64,000 bases of DNA, taken from assembly GCA_951406725.2 (NCBI GenBank), contig OX597815.1, forward strand, positions 49,724,001 through 49,788,000. The letters run 5' to 3'. The notes under the pieces are model-generated. The model saw only the letters and a list, made by a program, of their open reading frames with translations. It made no database searches and was not told the origin of the DNA. This document shows, piece after piece, positions 12,530 through 25,027 of this stretch (position 1 is the first letter of the stretch; each line of letters opens with the position of its first letter). The DNA comes from Octopus vulgaris. Lineage: Eukaryota. The position numbers and the translations under genes are program-made.

Positions 12530-12636
12530 TAGACTGCGTACATTTCATGAAAACATATTCCTCGATATTGCTGAAATAGAATGTCTCTAAATACAATACC
12601 ATATTAAAACGATTATATTGCCAATCTTCAGATCTA
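12530..12636 (-). ncRNA. Hammerhead-like motif (type I, atypical GCA triplet), left arm
   Basis: Minus strand: tagat CTGAAGA t tggcaatat...atatgttttca t GAAA TGTACG CA gtcta. Confidence 0.45.
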
Positions 12637-13736
12637 TTTTATATGAACTTATTTTGCTACTTACATCCTATATAAAGACATGACAAACTAAATCATATAA
12701 CTAGAAGTTGTTGGAATAATTTTACTTTAGTAAATAATGAATAGAAATGTGGAATAAAAATAGGAAAAAGAAATGTCAACTTATCTGTATGGTAATTTTC
12801 TCTCCACGAATTAAACATGGCTACCACATGAAGCAATCGTCATTCTTATTAACATTTAAAAGTTCTTAAAATGTATATTCTATTATTTATACTTACCGTG
12901 TAAGGGAAGTGAATAATAATAAATCAGAAGCCAGAAGTGTATGATGGGAATAGTCTAATTTTTACGTATTTAATTTATTTTATTTATATGTTAACTTTGA
13001 TAATTAATAAATTTCTAGATCGGTAAATAGGTAAACTAAATTACTTAACATATAATTTTAAGATATTAAAAAATATTTTGAAATCAGTAAAAGTCAGTAA
13101 AATTAGTAAAAATCTAATTTTTCATCATTTTTATAATTATGATTCAATTAAAATATATTGATTATAATATTATTCTTAAAATTGAGTTTCTAAATTAAGA
13201 TTAAAAATTTAGAACAATGCCATCTAATATTATATACTATAAAGTTTTAAGAAACTAAATTATCTGAAATTAGAAGTTGATTAACTGTTATCTTACATTT
13301 ATATATAAATAAGTAGATATATTCTAGTTATCCTAAATAATAAGATATGGCTATACATTATATCTACGTATTATGATTAAGTTTTTTTTATTTAATATTA
13401 GGGTTTTATTTATTTTCTAAAGAATCAAAAATTAATCTCATCTTATTAAATAGGCAATTCAGTTTATGTTTACATTTAATTTTTCGTTCATCCTGTTTGT
13501 TCCTTAGTCTTATTTTAGCTCTTAATATTTCCATAAATTCGTGTGTACCCAGAAGACAGAATTACCATACAGATAAGTTAACATTTCTTTTTACTAACAT
13601 TACTTTTTCCTATTTTTATTCCACATTTCTATTCATTATTTACTAAAGTAAAATTATTCTGACAACTTCTAGTTATATAATTTAGTTTGTCGTGTCTTTA
13701 TTTAGGATGTAAATAGCAAAATAAGTTCATATAATC

Positions 13737-13834
13737 TAGACCTGAAGATTGGAAATATAATCATTTTTATATGGTTGAGACATTCTGATTCAGCAATATC
13801 GAGGAATATTTTGTCATGAAACGTACGCAGTCTA
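13737..13834 (+). ncRNA. Hammerhead-like motif (type I, atypical GCA triplet), right arm
   Basis: tagac CTGAAGA t tggaaatat...atattttgtca t GAAA CGTACG CA gtcta: perfect 5-bp stem I and palindromic stem III (CGTACG). Confidence 0.55.
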
Positions 13835-14224
13835 TATAATGTAAAGTATATGATCTAGAGTAAGAATTGAATGTATTAATTTTGATAATTTTAATATTTA
13901 GTCCTATATGTACCTAACGTGGATAATGTCGTTCAATGATGATTGAGTTGCTTGAGGGTGATTCTATCTTTTAAGCCTATCTATCTATATATATGTATAT
14001 AGATATGCATATATGGGTACAGGACGTCACAAAATGTATACACACACACACATATATATATATACATACATACATATATACATATGAGATTGATGCATTG
14101 CTGACCATAACTTATCCTGTCGAACATTTTGGAGTTCATCCGTCAAAACATATGTAGAAGAATTCAAGATATATATGGTTTAACAACATCCCTAGAGTTT
14201 GTCTCCTTGTTCAATTTTCCTACG

Positions 14225-14547
14225 TATAGAGCGTCGAGCTTACGATCGTGAGGTTGTGAGCTCGAATCCCGGACCGGGCTGCGTGTTGTGTTCTTGAGCA
14301 AGACACTTTATTTCACGTTGCTCCAGTTCACTCAGCTGTAGAAATGAGTTGCGACGTCACAGGTGCCAAGCTGTATCGACCTTTGTCTTTCCCTTGGATA
14401 ACACTGGTGGCGTGGAGAGGGGAGGCGGGTATGCATGGGCGACTACTGGTCTTCCATAAAACAACCTTGCCCAGACTTGTGCCTCAGAGGGTAACTCTCT
14501 AGGTGCAAACCCATGGTCACTCATGACCGAAGGGGGTCTTTACCTTT
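14225..14547 (+). mobile_element. tRNA-derived SINE family D, near full length
   Basis: B-box-like gagctcgaatccc; central gtgttcttgagcaagacactttatttcacgttgctccagttcactcagctgtagaaatgagt; tail tctttacctttta; second copy at 9480-9722. Confidence 0.85.
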
Positions 14548-14608
14548 ATATATATATATACACATATATAACACATACACATATATACAGATACATATAT
14601 ATATATAT

Positions 14609-14674
<66 letters not shown>

Positions 14675-14805
14675 GCACATATATACACACACAGATATAC
14701 ACATATATACACTTATATATATATATACACATATATATACACACATATTATACACACATACATACACACACACAAACACACACACACATATATATGTATA
14801 TATAG
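14548..14805. repeat. Compound (TA)n/(CA)n microsatellite
   Basis: Directly visible. Confidence 0.95.
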
Positions 14806-15169
14806 CAAATGAAAGACAGAAGATGGAATATACAAGAATTTATTATTAATCACACATCTAGCATCGATCCCTCATGGGTGGGACATTCAACAACTGGTTC
14901 AGGAGCAATCTGGTGGTGCAGATATATCTCATCAGGTGATAAATAAATACAACTCATTAAAATAAGTTTCGCAATGTGACTTCCCATTTTGTAGAAAGAA
15001 AATCAGTCAGACAGAGGAAATATCTTCATTTATATGGAAGATCAAAAATACAATCATAGATGGTAAAACAGAAAAACGAACATGCAATCCAGTGCGACAA
15101 GTATTAAAAGTAACTGTTAGCAAATACATACACACACACACACACACTCACATGCACATAAATATACAC

Positions 15170-15408
15170 ACACGACCGTGGCCGTTGCCAGCCTCGCCTG
15201 GCACCTGTGCAGGTGGCACATAAAAAGCACCCACTACACTCATGGAGTGGTTGGCGTTAGGAAGGGCATCCAGCTGTAGAAACATTGCCAGATAAGACTG
15301 GAGCCTGGTGCAGCCTTCTGGCTTCCCAGATCCCCGGTCGAACCGTCCAACCCATGCTAGCATGGAGAACGGACGTTAAACGATGATGATGATGATGATG
15401 ATGATGAT
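15170..15408 (+). mobile_element. RTE LINE 3'UTR with (GAT)n tail
   Basis: gttggcgttaggaagggcatccagctgtagaaac...ccaacccatgctagcatggagaacggacgttaaac(gat)n, nearly identical to 22700-22897. Confidence 0.85.
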
Positions 15409-15558
15409 GGGTTTCTTTCAGATTCTGTCAACCAAAGACTTTGTTTGGCTAGAGGCTATAGTAGAAGATAGTTGCCCAAAGTGCCATGCAGTAGGACTGA
15501 ACCTGGAACCATGTGATTGGGAAGCAAACTTCTTACCATACAACCATTCCTGCACCTA
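15409..15558 (-). mobile_element. SINE family A 5' half
   Basis: ggctatagtagaaga..tgcccaaagtgccatgcagtaggactgaacctggaaccatgtg matches the 11.9 kb copy. Confidence 0.8.
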
Positions 15559-15878
15559 TATATCAAAAAACAAAATTAATAAGAAATCTGAATATATCAA
15601 GCTGTGACACTAGTTAGAGTGGAACTGATATGAAGTGAAATACAGGAAAATTAATATTTTTATCCACTTTTGCCATTTGTGTAGAATATTTGTAAGAAAG
15701 AAATATATATTATTGATTTAGCCAGAGATTGGAATGAGGACACTTTTCTTGGAATAAATATGATTAATATAACCCTGCCTAAGCATGCAGACACACACAC
15801 ACACGTATACCATATTATACATATATATATCAGCTAACCCATACCAGCATGGAAAACAGGCATTAAAAGATGGTGATG

Positions 15879-15922
<44 letters not shown>

Positions 15923-16904
15923 GCATATATATATATATATAAATTTTCTTATTTTCCATGTTCCGTCTCTCATTTACCATATATATGTATATACACACAC
16001 ATATATGCACATACTTATATTTATGTATATATGTATATCTATTTATCTATCTATCTATCTATTTATACACCCACACAAGCATGTATGAATATGAGTGTAT
16101 GATGTAGAAAAATGCATGTATGCATATTTATATGTTTGTGAATCTATTTACATAAACACTCATGCCCTGTGGCTGAAATTGACAAGATTATTATCTTATA
16201 TAAATTGCTACAGCATTTAAAAAGCTTATATACAACAATAAATGAATAAATAAACAAATAAATAGATATTCAAAATTTTAAAACCTAGATCAAAGCAGCT
16301 TGAAAATTTCTTAAGTTAGCCAAAATCCTAATTAAATGCTGACCTGATATCATAAGTTGAGTTCCAGCGCTAAACTAGAACCCTTGATCAGATTACCAAA
16401 CACTGTTGGCAGTGATCCACTCCACTAAGTGACCTCATTAATTTATATTTACAGAGGTGTTCACACCTTACTCAGGGTAGTGGGCAGAGGGCCCAATCAT
16501 GTAGAAAAACACTGAAAAACTCAAATTAATGATTCAATTTAGTCCTTCTTACAAGTGTTAGAAAAAAAGAGAAAAATCGGTGAAATATATAAAATCATTT
16601 CTAATATTGTAGAATGGTTTCTGTTTATATCTAAAAATAGAACACTGCTTGGTTTTTATCAAAGTGTACCAATGTGAATACAAGACATTCATAAGGAAAT
16701 TGAGATCAAATAAGGTTAAGATTGAGTGGGAATATTATCAAAATCTGACAATAGAGAGTAATGAAAGAGTGAAAGGTCTCATAATGTCAGACGACAAACT
16801 AATATCTTGTTCCTTTAGTTTCACTTCATTTACTTTTACAATATGTGAAACATGCATTTTAAAATAATCACACCATGTCTTTCCATATTGTAAAAGGCAA
16901 CTAA

Positions 16905-17265
16905 CTGAAAGGGTCAAGGATCTCATCACAGGCTGATGTGACCCGCTGCTGGTATCATGTAAACCAGTTCTACCTGTTCCATTGTCTAGTGATTAGTGAC
17001 TAAACAGGCTCCCTTCATTGAGTAACTGGCTACTCTTGAGAAGAGGTTGTCTGGATACCCAGCAGGACTTAAAAACAAGAGCTGCTGAAAGGCAGATGAG
17101 CACCTTGTGGATCAACAGCCAACCAGTTGTGGAACACAACTGGATGGCTGTTGGTAGAGATATTAGGATGGCAAACCACCCTAATATCTCTACCAAGAAG
17201 ACACTGTGAGAAAGTCTGAGTGAAGCAATGCTATGACTTCATCCAATGACAGACTTTGTGCTTAA
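16905..17265 (+). other. GC-richer structured repeat-like segment containing twin hairpins (17113-17153, 17151-17196)
   Basis: Stems of 18/19 bp (loop GAA) and 20/21 bp (loop CAAA) seen directly. The retroelement-UTR origin is inference. Confidence 0.6.
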
Positions 17266-17298
17266 TCTATTTACTTTATTGATTATTTCAATATATAT

Positions 17299-17453
17299 AG
17301 TTGGCGTTAGGAAGGGCATCCAGCCGTAGAAACACTGCCAGATCTGACTGGGCCTGACGAAGCCTTCCAGCTTCACAGACCCCAGTTGACCCGTCCAACC
17401 CATGCTAGCATGGAAAGCGGACGCTAAACGATGATGATGATGATGATAATGAT
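17299..17453 (+). mobile_element. RTE LINE extreme 3' end with (GAT)n tail
   Basis: Same tail as 15250-15408. Confidence 0.85.
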
Positions 17454-17591
17454 AACCTTTTCTCGTCCCTTATGTCTTTTTTCATTTTTTTTTTGCCAAA
17501 TTTGTAGAATTTTTCTCTCGGTTCAGAATTTATGTTGTCACCAAATTTTTCTTCCACATCATAGGCACAGGGATGGCCCTGTGGTAAGAAT

Positions 17592-17776
17592 AGGTGCAAG
17601 ATTGGCTGTGTGGTAAGAAGTTTGCTTCCCAACCATATGGTTCCAGGTTCACTCCCAAATGTAGCACTTTAGGCAAGTGTCTCCTACTAGAGCCACAGGC
17701 TGATCAAAGACTTGTGAGTGGACTTAGTAGGTGGAAACTGAAAGAATCCCATCATGTCTATCTATCTATTCATCCA

Positions 17777-17815
<39 letters not shown>

Positions 17816-18048
17816 TTATTTATGAGTGTGTCTTTGTGTCTGTATTTGTCCCCCACCACCACCACAATCATTTGACAACCGATGCTGGTGTGTTTACGTC
17901 CTCATAACTTAGCAGTTCAGCAAAAGAGCCCAATAGAATAAGTACTAGACTTACAAAGAATAAGTCCTGGGGGTCGATTTGTATGACTTAAACCCTTTAA
18001 GGCAGTACCCCAGCATGGCCGCAGTCAATTGACTGAAACAAATAAAAA
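17592..18048 (+). mobile_element. Full-length SINE family A
   Basis: tggctgtgtggtaagaag head, internal (TA)n and ccagcatggccgcagtcaattgactgaaac tail. Confidence 0.88.
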
Positions 18049-18242
18049 TATCTCTGTTCAATTTCAGATCTCCATACTCTTTCACAAATCCTTTTCTGTG
18101 AATCTTTTAACTCACAATATATTATGTATTTCAGCATTATGAAGTATTTAGATTTTAATCTAGTATTAAGTCCATTTCTTTTTAGTGTATATTATCTGTT
18201 CTTTTGATATACATTAAAAACACTGACTTTCATGTATAATCC

Positions 18243-18775
18243 TCATCATCATCGTTTTAACATCCACATTTGCATTCTAGCATGGATTAGACAGAGTTTA
18301 TTGAGGTAGACATTTTACAGCCAGGTGCTCTTCCTGTTACTAACCCTCCCTTGTTTCCAAGCAAGGTAATATTTCCTGATGGTCAAACATAATTTTGTAG
18401 AGTATTGGAAATGAATGACACTGCATGCATGTACAACCACAATGCTCATTTTACAACTATCATACAATGCCAAACCAAAGGGAAATACACATACACATAT
18501 ACGTACATATATCCATACATATATCCATACATACACATACTCAGACACACACATATAAATAATATATATGTTCAACCCATGCCAACATGGAAAACAGACA
18601 TTAATTGGTGATAATGATGATGATGATGATATATATGATGAGCTTTATCAATTTCTGTCTACCAGATCCACTCACAAGGTTTTAGTTGGCCCAAGGCAGT
18701 AGTAGTAGACATTTGCCTAAAGTGTCACACTGCTGAACTGAGCCATGATTGAGAAGCAAACTTCTGAACCACACA
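18243..18775 (-). mobile_element. RTE-tail repeat (18243-18480) and SINE-A head (18640-18775), decayed
   Basis: catcatcatcgttttaacatccac..ctagcatgg and ctaccagatccactcacaagg..cccaagg motifs. Confidence 0.65.
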
Positions 18776-18824
18776 GTGTATATGTGTTAATAGAAATGCA
18801 CACACACACACACACACATACACG

Positions 18825-18895
<71 letters not shown>

Positions 18896-19191
18896 CCATG
18901 TATATGCATACATACACAAATGATACTAATTCTAAAAGTATGAAGAAAATATTAAATGAATGGTATCAAGTATATTCACCACATACACATACATACATAC
19001 ATACATACATACATACAAACACACACACACAGACATTCATACATACATACATACATACATACATGCATCATCTGAAATTTTGGCCACTGCATGAATTTCA
19101 CACTTTGCGAACTTTCTGGTTACCTGAGATTTGGCAGAGCTTATATCTTGAGTTGTGACCAAAATCTTTTGTTAAGCATGTGTGTATGTGC

Positions 19192-19242
<51 letters not shown>

Positions 19243-21466
19243 CATACTCCTAGTTTCTAAAATATGTACATAACCTTACATGATTAGAGCTAATTACGAT
19301 GTTCTCTAACATATCATGGTTCTTCTTGTAGTGTACGAACTCTTCATAGAAGATTTAATAGTTTGGCCCTTTATTAAATCAGTTAATGTGTCTGTCCTCT
19401 GCATGTAAAGATGCGTGTGTGTGTGAGTTCACATGAGTGTGTATTCATGTGTATGTGTGTGCTTATGTGTGTGTGTACTTGCGTAATTTATCAACAACAA
19501 AAAAATCAAAATAAAAACTCATTAATATTTGTTTTTCTTTGAGTCATTAGAGAAAGATAAAGAGACAAACACATTCAAAAAACACACACACATACACATG
19601 CACTGCCATGAAGCCAAAGTGTTTTGTTTCTTTGCTTAATTCTGTCATAATTAGTTCTCATTGACTAAAAACACTGGGATCGATAAATTAATGTTATCGC
19701 CATCATCGTCCCTAAACATCATTACCGATATCCATTTGAACACATTATTATCAATTCCAGCAATGTCCATTCCTGTATAATTGTCGACCTTTTTATGTCA
19801 TTATTGAATTTTCTGCTTTTGTTTGGCAGTCTGGATCTCTGACAACCATTGCTATTGTCAATGTTTTCCTATCCTTATTGATATCATTAACACTATTAAT
19901 ATTGATTGTATCTGATGAAGTCATTATTGTCTTACAATTTATAACTTGTAATCATTCACTGACAAATCTAGTCAACATTTAATCATTTGTTTACACCTAA
20001 TTGGTGACCCTGTGTAACATGATCCTTTGCTGCATGTCTTTTGACCTGTCTGATAACTCCACCAAGTAACCCCTGTAGCTATCTCCGTCCAGACCAGCAA
20101 TAGGGATATCACTCTGCATCAATCCACTTGCCAAGCTGATCCCTTTTGATGCAATGCAGCAGAAAAAGGGCGTTTTTGAAGAAATATGTTTGTGGTTTGA
20201 TGCAATATGATTTCGTACATTTGTAATGGTTTCATTTACAGTGACAGGGTATGGTTTGATAATATTTTCTTGTTACTTCATACTTGTGACTTTTAATAAA
20301 AATTCACTTGGCATGATTTAAGTATAGTCTGCGAGGATTTATGGCTCTTAATACCCCAGCATGGTTTAATATAATTTAGTATCTTGTACCACAGCGGAGA
20401 AGTCTGGCTCTAAAAGCTTTAACACAGTTTGATATAATTTGATATAGTTGGGTTAGACATAATAATACTTCAACAGCCAAGTTAATGTGAAATGTATTAC
20501 AAAATTCTCTTCAAGTATTGTAACGCATATGCAAACCAATATTTATATTAAAAACTGTCTAGGCTTCAGGGTTGTTCTTTTCTTCAGCTCCAACCCCATG
20601 TCATCCTGTTTCTAAGATGCTCTCTGATTCTTTCTCTCTCTTTCCCCTTCTCTCTCTCACTCACACAAACACACACAATCATTGACGACATTGGGGTGGA
20701 ACATGCTGAGAGTTAGTGAGCAAGGGAGCCTGAAAAGCATTTTCCCTTTTATAAAAAAGGCAAATTTTGTCTACAACAAAATTTAATGTGTTATAATATA
20801 CAAACATCTGAAACTTATACCATTTATCTCGATCACAATTTGTGCAAAACAGAAAAAAAAAAGAGAAAAGCTATTAACCATTTCACCATATTCTAAATGC
20901 AAACCATTTTCTATGTCCTCAATATTTTCAGCATAAACTTAGCAAGTATAGGGTGATAGATTGGTTGATTCATCAGACAACTGGACAAAATGCCTTGCAG
21001 TATTTAGTTCTGGCCATTTTCATTCCAAGATCAAATTCCATCGAGTTTAGCTTTGCAATTCATTCCTCTGAAGTAAACAAAATAACAATTAAGTACTTAG
21101 TTCAGTTTAATCAACTTTGCTGGAGTCTTTTAGGCTCAAACAAGAAATTTTAGTGGAGAAAGCTAAATGAATTTTGAGTTGTTCAGATGAGAGTTTAGAA
21201 CCTAATGGTCACACTTTTCCTGTGAGGACCAGCAAATCCATTTGTTTATGAAGTTTCAAAGTCATGATGACAGAACAATACTGCTTGAATCCTAAAATTA
21301 CCCAGATAGTAGTGTACCTGCCATTCTACCCAACATTACTCAACAAAGAAAAAGCTTTAAGTAAAATACTTTGTATACCCTTAATTATCGATAATTTTTT
21401 ACCATTATGAGTTTTTTACACATGCTAAGCTATGCTATTATAAACAATAATATCCTCATATATATT

Positions 21467-21467
<1 letters not shown>

Positions 21468-21520
<53 letters not shown>

Positions 21521-21524
21521 TAGA
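21468..21524. repeat. (GATA)n tetranucleotide repeat
   Basis: Directly visible. Confidence 0.97.
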
Positions 21525-21590
21525 TTAAAGCAGAAATGAAAAGACTTGACAAAGACTTTTAATTTAGCTATATATTATATAGCCTAATCA

Positions 21591-21634
<44 letters not shown>

Positions 21635-21666
21635 GTGTATGTATGCATGTACATACATACATTTCT

Positions 21667-21713
<47 letters not shown>

Positions 21714-21934
21714 TTATATAGTTGCTATTATGTTAAACTGTATATGTCCAAATTTGGCCAACTGCATTCTTTTCGGTATTTATTTTTGCTTGCAAAAATG
21801 GCTCTCTTGGTCAGACTATGATATCTCCAGCTGCTTCAGATGCCAAGATATCAAAAATTGTCAAAGAGTAGTACAACAGTGAAACTATTTTTCCGTTTTC
21901 TGAAAAAGCAACGTTTTGAATTTACAGAACTTTT

Positions 21935-22897
21935 GTATAATAGCAACGATATTGTAAGCACCTTGAGAGAAATGATGGACGCAAGAAGCATTGGATGCAG
22001 CATGCAGGAGGGACTATTGCGTTGGTATGGTCAAGTACTATGGATGGATTAGGAGAGATGTGTGAAAAAGTGCCACACCCAAACTGTTGAAGGAATGCGG
22101 GGTAGAGGTAGACCCAGGAAGACATGGGACGAGGTGGTCAAGCATGACCTTCATACTTTGTGCCTCACAGAGGCTATGACAAAAGACCAAGACCTCTGGA
22201 GATATGCTGTGACTTTGAAGACCCGACAAATGAAGTGAGTTCATGGCTTGCAGGACAGCTTGCTGTGCTTGAGGAAACCTATTGTGTCAAGTTCATCAAC
22301 ATCAAAATAAAAATCGTATGGATATTGTAGTTGTGATACCCGTGCCAGTGGCACGTAGGGCCTCACAGAGGAAATGACGAAGACCGAGACCTCTGAGATA
22401 TGCTATGACTGTGAAGACCAGACAAATGAAGTGAGTTCATGGCTTGCAGGACGACCTGCTGTGCTAACCTTGGATCATAGAATGACCCTCTGTTCTTGAG
22501 GAGACCTATTGAGTCAAGTACATCACCACCAACATCAAAATAAAAATCAAATGGAAATTGTAGTTAAGATACCCGTGCCGGTGACATGTAAAATGCACCG
22601 TCTGAATGTGGCTGATGCCAGCACCGCCTGAGGATGCCTGTGTCGGTGATACGTAAAATGCAGCAACCGATCATGGCCATTTGCCAGCCTCCTCTGGCCC
22701 CTGTTGCCAGTGGCACGTAAAAAGCACCCACTACACTCACAGAGTGGTTGGCGTTAGGAAGGGCATCCAGCTGTAAAAACACTGCCAGATCAGACTGGAG
22801 CATGGCGCAGCTTCCTGGCTTCCCAGACCCCAGTCGAACCATCCAACCCATGCTAGCATGGAAAGTGGACGTTAAATGATGATGATGATGATGATGA
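21935..22897 (+). mobile_element. 5'-truncated RTE-clade LINE (ORF C-terminus, internally duplicated 3'UTR, (GAT)n tail)
   Basis: LLRWYGQVLWMD*ERCVKKC..VEGMRGRGRPRKTWDEVVKHDL..LTEAMTKDQDLWRYAV is the typical RTE C-terminus (LRWxGH..RGRPxxxW). Confidence 0.92.
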
Positions 22898-22904
22898 TAT
22901 ATAT

Positions 22905-23200
22905 ACTCTTTTACTCTTTTATTTTCTTTTATTTGTTTCAGTCATTTGACTGTGGCCATGCTGGAGCACCACCTTTAGTCAAGCAAATCGACCCCAGGAC
23001 TTATTCTTTGTAAGCCTAGTACTTTTTCTATTGGTCTCTTTTGACAAACCGGTAAGTTACGGGGATGTAAACACACCAGCATCGATTGTCAAGCGATGTT
23101 ATGGGGACCCACAAACATATACACAGACACACAAACATATACATACACATACATATATACAACAGGCTTATTTCAGTTTCTGTCTACCAAATCCACTCAC
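22905..23200 (-). mobile_element. SINE family A 3' two-thirds
   Basis: tttcagtcatttgactgtggccatgctggagcacc...ggacttattctttgtaagcc matches 11630-11710. Confidence 0.88.
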
Positions 23201-24276
23201 AGTTCTTGATTTGAGTTGGCAGAATTAATTTATCACTCTCATCTAACATTTGAGTACTTTTAACAGAAGCTGGTCTGTTTGCCAAACATTCTGACGAGGT
23301 ATCCAGTCTGAGAATAACTTCCTCCTTTCTTTGCACAAATCTCAAAAACCCTTTAAAGGGCTATGGGTAGTACTTTTCCTCTTCTAACAGCTAAACAGTC
23401 CCACCATAAGAAAAAATAGATATTAAAACGATGATGGTGGTGGTGGTGGTGGTTTGGGTATTAGTGATGGCAGCAAATGATGCTGTTACTGCTGCTGCTG
23501 CTGATGATGATGATGATGATAATAATCTTGAAAGTAATCATGGCGATGCTAAATACTGAGACAAAATGATGACATTAATTTTTTTTTAATCAGAAGAAAA
23601 AAAAGAACAATAAAAAGCAACAGTTAAGAATTAAGTGTATTCTGATATAAATGTTACATAAAACACATAAGAATTTTTTTTTAAATAGTCCTTGATCTTG
23701 CTGACAATGTGTTGCAAATTGTTATAGTTGAAAATCACCTTCAGTCTTTCATATGGCTTACTGAAATGAAATAATTTGCAAATGGAAACTACTTTTAAGT
23801 TAAGCTATCTTCTATATAGTGCATAGTTCAACAAGTTTAAGTTAAACAAAGATCATATACAAGAAATAGCTGATAACATCTGATTTATGCAATAGAGGCT
23901 TCAAGGTGTCCAAGTAAAGATCTATGTTAGTCAAAGGCTCAACTTCTATAATTGAGAGTATTTTAGGAACAAAATACGATAATGATGATGAAAATGATGA
24001 TGATAATAATGACAACAACAACAACAATAATAATAATAACAATGATTATAACAACAGCAACAACAAATATCCACTTATCTAAACCCAATAATCTCCTAAA
24101 TTAATTCTATTCTCAGTCAGTTTTCTTTGATGCACAGAGGTTTTATCTTCTCATTTGATGGTCCTTTTTTCTCTCATATAATAATAAAATTAATATCAAC
24201 AACAAAAACAATTGCAATAATAATAATAATAATAATAATAATGGTAATTATTGTTCTTCTTCTTCTTCTTCTTATG

Positions 24277-24309
<33 letters not shown>

Positions 24310-24769
24310 ATTATTAATACTGTTGTTATGATAATTCTCTCTATATTTTATTATTATTTGTGAGAAATCGATGCTACTCTCATTATTAATGATATTTTTT
24401 CTTCTTAATTAGGCATTAAAAACTAGAATTAGATGGTAAAGAAGAATTTGTGATGTTCATGCTTTTCTTCTGTTATTATCATTGTTATTATAAGTCAGTA
24501 GATTTGAAGTATCATTAAAGTATCACACAAAATATCTTGCAGTATTTGTTCCTGCTCTTTACATTCTCTGCTCAAATCCCACCAAGATCAGCTTTGGCTT
24601 TCATCCTTCTGAAGTCGATAGAATAGAATATCAATCAAATACTACATTCAATGCGATTCAATGTTCTTTTCACACAGAATATGTGACCATTCTTTGTGTC
24701 TATGTTCTTTTTTTATTTTTTTAATTATCTTTTATTTGTTTCTGTCATTAGACTGCAACCACCCATGTT

Positions 24770-24972
24770 GGCAGTTTCCCACCCATTTTGGGGTGGGTAC
24801 TTTGCTTGTTTATATATTCTTGTATTGTATTACTGCTTTTCATACTGTATTACATTTTCGTCCACCACCACAACAGTTAATTGTATATGTATGCATCCAT
24901 ATGTTTTGTAGTTCTTCTGAATCACATACATTGTATTCTATGAGAGGTTTTGTGGCCAGTAAAAAAACATCA
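24770..24972 (+). mobile_element. Probable LINE 3'UTR fragment ending in (TTA)n
   Basis: T-rich 200 bp with cccaccc-attttg-gggtggg hairpin, ending ttgtggccagtaaaaaaacatcac plus (tta)n. Family not identified. Confidence 0.4.
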
Positions 24973-24973
24973 C

Positions 24974-25027
<54 letters not shown>

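Larger units (their letters stand above)
12363..14001. mobile_element. ~1.6-kb fold-back element: ~420-bp inverted arms around a very AT-rich 750-bp core, in (TA)n; probable Penelope-like inverted pLTRs
   Basis: 12379-12800 is the reverse complement of 13556-13984 (e.g. agaatcaccctcaagcaactcaatcatc / gatgattgagttgcttgagggtgattct), roughly 85-90% identical by eye. Each arm has an outward-facing hammerhead-like motif. Confidence 0.85.

Noticed and set aside
12800-13555. Extremely AT-rich core resembling a mitochondrial insertion (NUMT)
   Set aside because: No recognisable mitochondrial gene, rRNA or tRNA motif; better explained as the interior of the inverted-repeat element.
17090-17220. Twin hairpins as a parvovirus-type T-shaped terminal repeat
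   Set aside because: The flanks are not complementary (no enclosing A/A' stem) and there is no Rep or capsid remnant nearby.
23300-23330. CTGACGAG core; likewise CTGATGA at ~19912, ~58646 and ~59147
   Set aside because: No correctly placed GAAA, stem III or NUH downstream.
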